From: the human T2T-CHM13v2.0 reference genome, Homo sapiens
Assembly (NCBI RefSeq): GCF_009914755.1
Contig: NC_060937.1
Length of the DNA stretch: 64,000 nt
Reading direction: 5' to 3' (one strand)
The notes beneath the pieces were generated by a model, which saw only the letters and a program-made list of their open reading frames with translations, did not search any database and was not told the origin of the DNA. Positions within the stretch are counted from its first letter, which is position 1, and each line of letters begins with the position of its first letter. The position numbers and the translations under genes were made by a program. Below are positions 57,075 through 64,000 of this stretch, one piece after another.

Positions 57075-60000
57075 GAAACTTCCAGTTTCAGCTCAGACAT
57101 GAAAAGAGCTGGGAGGTCATCGCTTACATCCTTACAATAAACAAAGACTGGACAAAAATAAAATCAACAAATTTTCTTGGACATATCAGATAATTGACTT
57201 GGAAAAGCAAATTGAGGTGGAAAAGAAAATCACTACCCCAATATCTAGAGAGACAGACTGATCCAGGTAATTACAGCCAACTTTTATTTACCTGGGGTAG
57301 AAACCACTGCAAAGAAAAACTGTTAGGACATATTATATAAAAGTCCTAACATATATATTGTATCCTTTCTCATATTATTTAATAAAGTGTGAGCATTACA
57401 AAACAACAACAAACAATAGCAAAAACTGGAATGTACACTTAAATAGTAACTATGACAAATTGCTGAAAGATGATTGTGAACTGGGTGAGAGTGAGAAAAT
57501 AATTGAGGGAATATTTTTAGTGGTCCAATACATTTTTATGGGCTTTACATCCAGAATTCCTAGGAGATTCTCACAGTAACCGTTTGAGAAAGATCTCATG
57601 GCTCTGATAGGGGACAATGAATAATCTCTGTGACATACTACCAGAGTTATCTGCAAAACAAGGCCTTCTCTTCAGAGAGAAAGACTGTATGAGCTTTGTC
57701 CCAGTCATTGATAAGATGCAAGAAAATGGGCAATGTTAGCAAAAGGATTTTAAACAAATCTAAGAAAGGATCAAAAGAAAGTCTAGAAATTCAAAAATAA
57801 TGTAATCTACATATAGAATACGTTTTTGGACTCAATAGACTAGACATGACTATGAAAAGAATCACTGAATTTGAGTATAGGCCAAAAGAAACTTCCCAAA
57901 ATAAAGTGCGAAGAAAAAGAATGAATGAAAAGAAGAGGAATAAAATATCCAAGAACTATGGGAAAATGTCAAAATGTATATATTCAAATGAAATAAAATC
58001 AGTATGTAGAAGAGATTTCTGCACTCCCATGTTTATTTCAGTTGTACTTAAGTAGCCAAGACATGTAAAATAGTGTCCACCAACAAATGAATGGATAAAG
58101 GAAAAATGGTATATATACACAATGGATACTATTCAGCCTTTAATAAGATGGAAACACTGTCCTTTGCAATAACATGAACAAACCAGAAAGACATTATGTT
58201 AAGCAAAAAACGCCAAGCGCATAAAGACCAACACTGCATGTTCTTACTTATATATGGGAGTTTAAGAAGTTGATCTCATAGAAGTAGGAAATAGAATAGT
58301 GGTTAGGAGGCTGGAGAGGGGAGGGGAGATGATAGATGAGGAGAGATTGGTCAAGACGTACAAAGTTACAGTTAAATATGAGGAATATGTTTTGGTGTTT
58401 ATTGGACAGTAAGATGACTATAATTAACAACAATGTATCATATATTTCAAAACAGAAGAGAGGATTCACAGTGTTCTCACCACAAAGAAAGTTTGAAGTA
58501 CTTAATTTTCTATTTACCTTCATTTGATTAATACACAATATAAACATATATTAAAACCTCACATTGTAACCATAACAATGCACAATTCTACGTGTCAATC
58601 AAAACTGAAACAAACCTTTTAAAAGTGTATAATGTCAAATTTGAACACCAGAATGAGAAGACAGAACAAAGCAGAAAAAAAATACATAAAATGCTAATAG
58701 GTGAAAACTCCTTTTCAAAATTGATGACAGACACCAAACCACAGTTCCAGGAAGCACAGAGAAATTAAAGCAGAATATGTATCAAAAAATACTATTCCTA
58801 TACATAGCATATTCAAACTTCAGAAAAAAAAGACACAAATAAAATTTTGAAAGATACTGGCACAAGATGAAAATACTTTAGTTTTAAAGGGATAAAGATA
58901 AGCTTTAGTGCTGATGTTTTGTCAGAAACAATACAAGCCAGCAGAAAGTTGAGCAAACATGTAAAGTTGAAAGAAAGAAAAAAGAGAAAAATAGAGAAAG
59001 CAAAAAGAAAAATAGAATTCAAAATTCTATGTCCAGCTAAACTAACTTTCAAAAGTGAAGGAGAAATAAATGATTTCTTAAACAAGCAAACACAGAAGGA
59101 ATTGTTTTCCAGCAAACTTGATTTGTAAAATATGTCCATAGACATGAGGCATGAGGAAATGATGTAAGTCAGAAAAAAAATTTACATGAAGAAAAAAATA
59201 TCAGAGAAGAAATAAATGAAGATGAAGGAAATATTTTTCTTATTGTTATTGATCTTAATAACTTTTTAAAAGTATTAATATTAAGCTGAAATGTGTTGTG
59301 TGATTATCCATGTGATTATAGCACATGGATAAAAAAATGGATGAGTGCTATAACATGGGAGACAGGAGGAAGGAACTTGGAACTCTCCATCATAAGACAC
59401 ATAAATTACACACAAAGACAAGTAGTGTTACTTAAGAGTTGAGTTAGATTCATTAAAAATATTTTAAACACTAGCACAAACCAACATATATATTTTTTAA
59501 ACTGTGTAGCTGATATACTAAAGGAAAAAGTAAAATGAAGCTATACAAAACACCCAAATGAAATCAAAGAATGCATAAATATATGCCTCTGAAAAGGTAT
59601 AGAAAGTGTAATAAACTTGACTGTCATTAATCTAACTACATAATTTATAACTTTAAATGTGAACAGTCTAAATGCAGCAACTAGAGCTTATTATAATGAA
59701 TAAAAAATTATCTAATAATATGTAAATTTGTAAAAGTACTTTTTAATATGAAGGGTCAGATAGTCTTGAAATAAAGAAATGAAGAAACATTTACCATACT
59801 AAAACTGATCAAAGGAAAGCTGGAGTCACTACATTAATTTTGAAATAGCAGACTTTAGAGCAAGAAGAATTATTGGAGATAAACAGAGGTGCAACATAAT
59901 AATAAAAGTGTCAATTCTCCAAGAAGATATAATTCTAAATGTGTATACACCTAGCTACAGTGGTAAAATACACAACAAATAATTAAGAGAAGTTAAGACA

Positions 60001-60760
60001 TAAGTAAACAAATCCACTATTATAGTTGTAGCTTTCAAAATAGCTGTTAAGAAGGATGAAATTGACATAAATGGCATTATAAGTCCATCTTATGTATATG
60101 ATATTTATGGAAACTTCCATCCAACAAAAAAATAAATACACATTTTGCTCAAACTCACATAAAACACCCACCAAATTAGACCACATTCTGGGCCATAAAT
60201 TTTATTTTACAAATTAAAAGAATAAAAATCATTCAAAATGTGTTATTAAACCACAGTGGTATTAAATTGTAAATCAATAAGAGAAGTATAGGTGGAAGAC
60301 CCACATATATTTGTAGATTAATCAACTCGATTATAAGTAACAAATGGGCAAAAAATATTTTTAATTAAAACTATTTTGAAGTGAATGTAAATAAAAAATA
60401 CAACTCATTAAAGTTTGTGTGATGCAACAAAAATCAATGTTTAGTAGGCAGTGTGTCATATTAACTCCATAATTACAAAATTAAAAACCTGTAAAACTTG
60501 GCAATCTAAATTAGGACACTAAAAGTAGCAATTTAAAATGCAAACAAGAAGAAGTAAAAAAAAAAAAAAAGTAAAGCAGAAATCAATGAAATTAATAATT
60601 GAAAAATAATAAAATCAACACAACCAAAAGCTGGTTTATTGAAATGATCAATAGCATCAATCAACCAGTAGTCAGACTAAGACAAAAAAAGATAACACAA
60701 TATTTACTAATATCAGAAAAAAAGAGATACTATAGCTACTGTTCCCATGGACATTAAAAT
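57075..60760 (+). mobile_element. Old L1MC/MD-type element: 5'UTR, ORF1 and ORF2 5' part
   Basis: 5' end 'acttccagtttcagctcagacatg'; ORF1 peptide KILCPAKLTFKSEGEI (ORF 58919-59128); ORF2 endonuclease blocks. Confidence 0.75.
57978..58612 (+). mobile_element. L1MA3/4-like 3' end nested in the older L1
   Basis: 'gaaataaaatcagtatgtagaagagatttctgcactcccatg...gttctcaccacaaagaaa...gtgtcaatcaaaa'. Confidence 0.82.
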
Positions 60761-60769
60761 AGTCCATCT

Positions 60770-63260
60770 CATCCACTAAACAAGCACATAAGTAAACCAC
60801 CACAAAAGCTAGCCCTGGCGAAGGAGTGATAGTAAGCATCCATAATGTCTAGAATATATTACTTATAATGTCAAGTTTTAAGCAAATATTATAAGCTTTG
60901 TAAGTAAACAGCAATACCACATAAACAGGAAAAAAATTAGAAGTTACTCCTGTTAAAGCCAACATATGAAACTTAATAGACAAAGACATTAATGGACTTT
61001 AAAAATATTTGTAAAAACTAGAAGAATTCATGCTTACAGAAGTACAATGACAATGTCAGAGTATTAAGAAAGATATAAACTACTTTTTAAAAATCAAATT
61101 GAAATCTGGAAATGAAAACATAAAATCCAAGTTAAAAATTTACTAGAGTGTCTTAAGAGAAGATTTGAGCTGGTAAAAAAAAAATAAAAAATAATAAAAC
61201 TTAAAGATATATAGAAATTATGCAATAAAAATCAGGAAAAATGAGCGAATTAAGATTCATTAATTAACAAAAATAAACAGAGCTCAGGGAAATGTAGGAC
61301 AACATTAAGCAAACTAGTGTACTAGTGTGAGTACCTCAAAGAGAAACTAACAAAAGAAAATAAAATTTTCAAATGACAGAAATCATTTGAAATTTGATGA
61401 AAAGAAATCTATACACTCAGGAAGCTCCAGAAACTCTAAGCAGGATAAATCCAAGGATACCCACACAGACATATTATAAAAGTTTATTAAAAGACAAAGA
61501 GGTCTATCTTTAAGGGAGTAGGAAAAAACAAATGACTTGTTACCTCTGAGGGGATTCCACTAACAGTTGACAACTCATAAAAAAATAAAAAATAAAGAGG
61601 CCAGAATGCCAAGAGGCTATGAAATAATAAATAATGACAACCAAGAATTGTTTTCCAGCAAATGTATCTTTTAAAACAAATGGTAAAATCATTACCCAAA
61701 TAAAACTGAGCAAATGTGTTATTTGGAAAATTGGCTTTACAATATGTAACAGGAAGTTATTCAGGCTGAAAGCAAGTAACCTTGTATGATAATCTAAATC
61801 TAAAAACAAAAAAAAAAGAGAACTGATTAAAGTATTTATGTAATTATAAAATACTATATATATATATATTTCCTGTCCTTTATCTTAATAAGTGATTTTA
61901 AAAGTAAGTATATAAAATAATATGAATGAAATTGCATCATTGGACTTACAGCATTTAAAAATATATCAGATAATAGAATAAAAGAGGTGGGTAGGAGAAA
62001 ACCTAAATGGGATGTAACAAAATTGTACTAAACTGTAACTTGAATCAACAGCATCAACTTAAATCTACAGAAGCTAATGAATAGAATCAGAAATGATAAA
62101 GTGGTTAATACGAAAATTTTAAAGTATATATTTACTCTTTTTTATTCAGCTTCTTTAAAAGATAAATGCATGTATAGCAATAATAATAAAAATGCAGGTT
62201 TGGGTTCTTTACATATATAAATGTAATATATAAAACAATAATAGCACAAAAATGGAAGAAGATATAGAACTATATTGAAATAACCTTTCTATATCTCATG
62301 ATGATTAAGTTAGTATTAATATAAAGTAGATTCTGTTAAGCTGTAAATCATAAACCCTAGAGAAATCACTAAGAAAATCATTTTTTTAAAATAGAGTAAG
62401 GTATTAAATAAATTAAACAAAATGTATGCTCAATGCAAAAGAAAGCAGTAAAAAAAAGATAACAACATGAGACATACAAGAAACAGCAAAATTGCATACA
62501 TCAGTATCCCAAATCTTATCAGTAATGATATTAAATGTGAACGAATTAAAAATCCAACCAAAAGGCAGAAATTGTCAAATTAAATTTTTAAAAAGTTCCA
62601 ACTATATGTTTTCGATACAAAACTCAATTTAGATTTAAACATACAAAAAATCAAAAGTAAAATAATGGAATATAGTATTTCATGTTGGCAACACAAGAAA
62701 TCTGGAGGCTACACCAATATCAAATAAAGTAACACCAAAACAGTTACCAAAAGAAAAAGAGGGATGTTTGATAATCATATAATAATCAACTCATTAGAAA
62801 CAGATTACAATTATGAATATATATGTACCTAAAAAGCGATAACACTACACTAAGCAAAACTGACAGAACTGAGGGGAGAAAAGACATTTCCACAATAACT
62901 GGAGACTTCAATGTCCTTCTTTTAATAATGGTTAGAGCAACTATGAAGAAGATTAACAAGGCAGTAGTAAAGTTAACAATCAACAAGACCTAATAAATAT
63001 GCATTGGACACTTGACCCAACAACAACAGAGTACACATTCTTCCCAAGTGCTCATGGTACATTTTCCAGAATAGATCAAATGCCAAGCCTTAAACAGAAT
63101 GAATAAATGCAAAGCAGTAGAGATCAATCAGGAATGTACTCCAAACAAAATGGAATAAAATCAGAATCATCAATAAAAAGGGCCCTTGGAAATTCACAAA
63201 TATATTCAAATTAAACAAACACACTTCTAAATAACCTGTGGGTCAAAAATATAACACAAA
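60770..63260 (+). mobile_element. Second old L1M element: 5'UTR end, ORF1 and ORF2 endonuclease region
   Basis: ORF1 blocks (caggaagctccagaaactctaagcaggataaa; caaccaagaattg); endonuclease blocks (ataactggagacttcaa; ttcttcccaagtgctcatgg). Confidence 0.75.
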
Positions 63261-63424
63261 ATTCTAAGTGCCTACCTGTGTTCAAACAAGGAGATTCTTG
63301 TGGATTTAGGGAGGCATCTTTTGGCAAGGTCAATTCCAATGACATGTTAATGCATCGATTTTAGAGCCGAGTTGTCCTCTTGCAATCTCCTGTATTAGGA
63401 TTAGGGAGGCATATTTAGAGATAG

Positions 63425-64000
<576 letters not shown>

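Overview
Primate (human-like) nuclear genomic DNA, very AT-rich and gene-poor. Roughly half or more is interspersed repeat: primate L1PA/L1PB and older L1MA-L1ME LINE-1 pieces, seven Alus (one cut by the window end), THE1/MLT1/LTR40/LTR16/LTR41-type solo LTRs, MER2/MER47/MER58/MER5 DNA-transposon relics, MIR/L2 remnants and microsatellites. All long ORFs in the track are broken L1 ORF1/ORF2 pieces or Alu/low-complexity artefacts, and no recognisable multi-exon gene, RNA gene or CRISPR array is evident. Repeat subfamily names come from my recall of consensus sequences and need RepeatMasker/Dfam confirmation. The best unexplained signals are: (1) a + strand set of 19-, 23- and 21-nt candidate microexons with strong splice sites that join into one open frame (IYLSNREKDDLSSLIAVRRSH); (2) a near-perfect 46-bp-arm hairpin at 6026-6136 that matches no repeat I recognise and abuts a tandem duplication; (3) four 5'-inverted (twin-primed) L1 insertions, including a tiny 131-bp one with a perfect 14-bp TSD and one with a templated, inverted repair patch; (4) two short poly(A)-bounded unique inserts inside old L1s; (5) two adjacent perfect tandem duplications.
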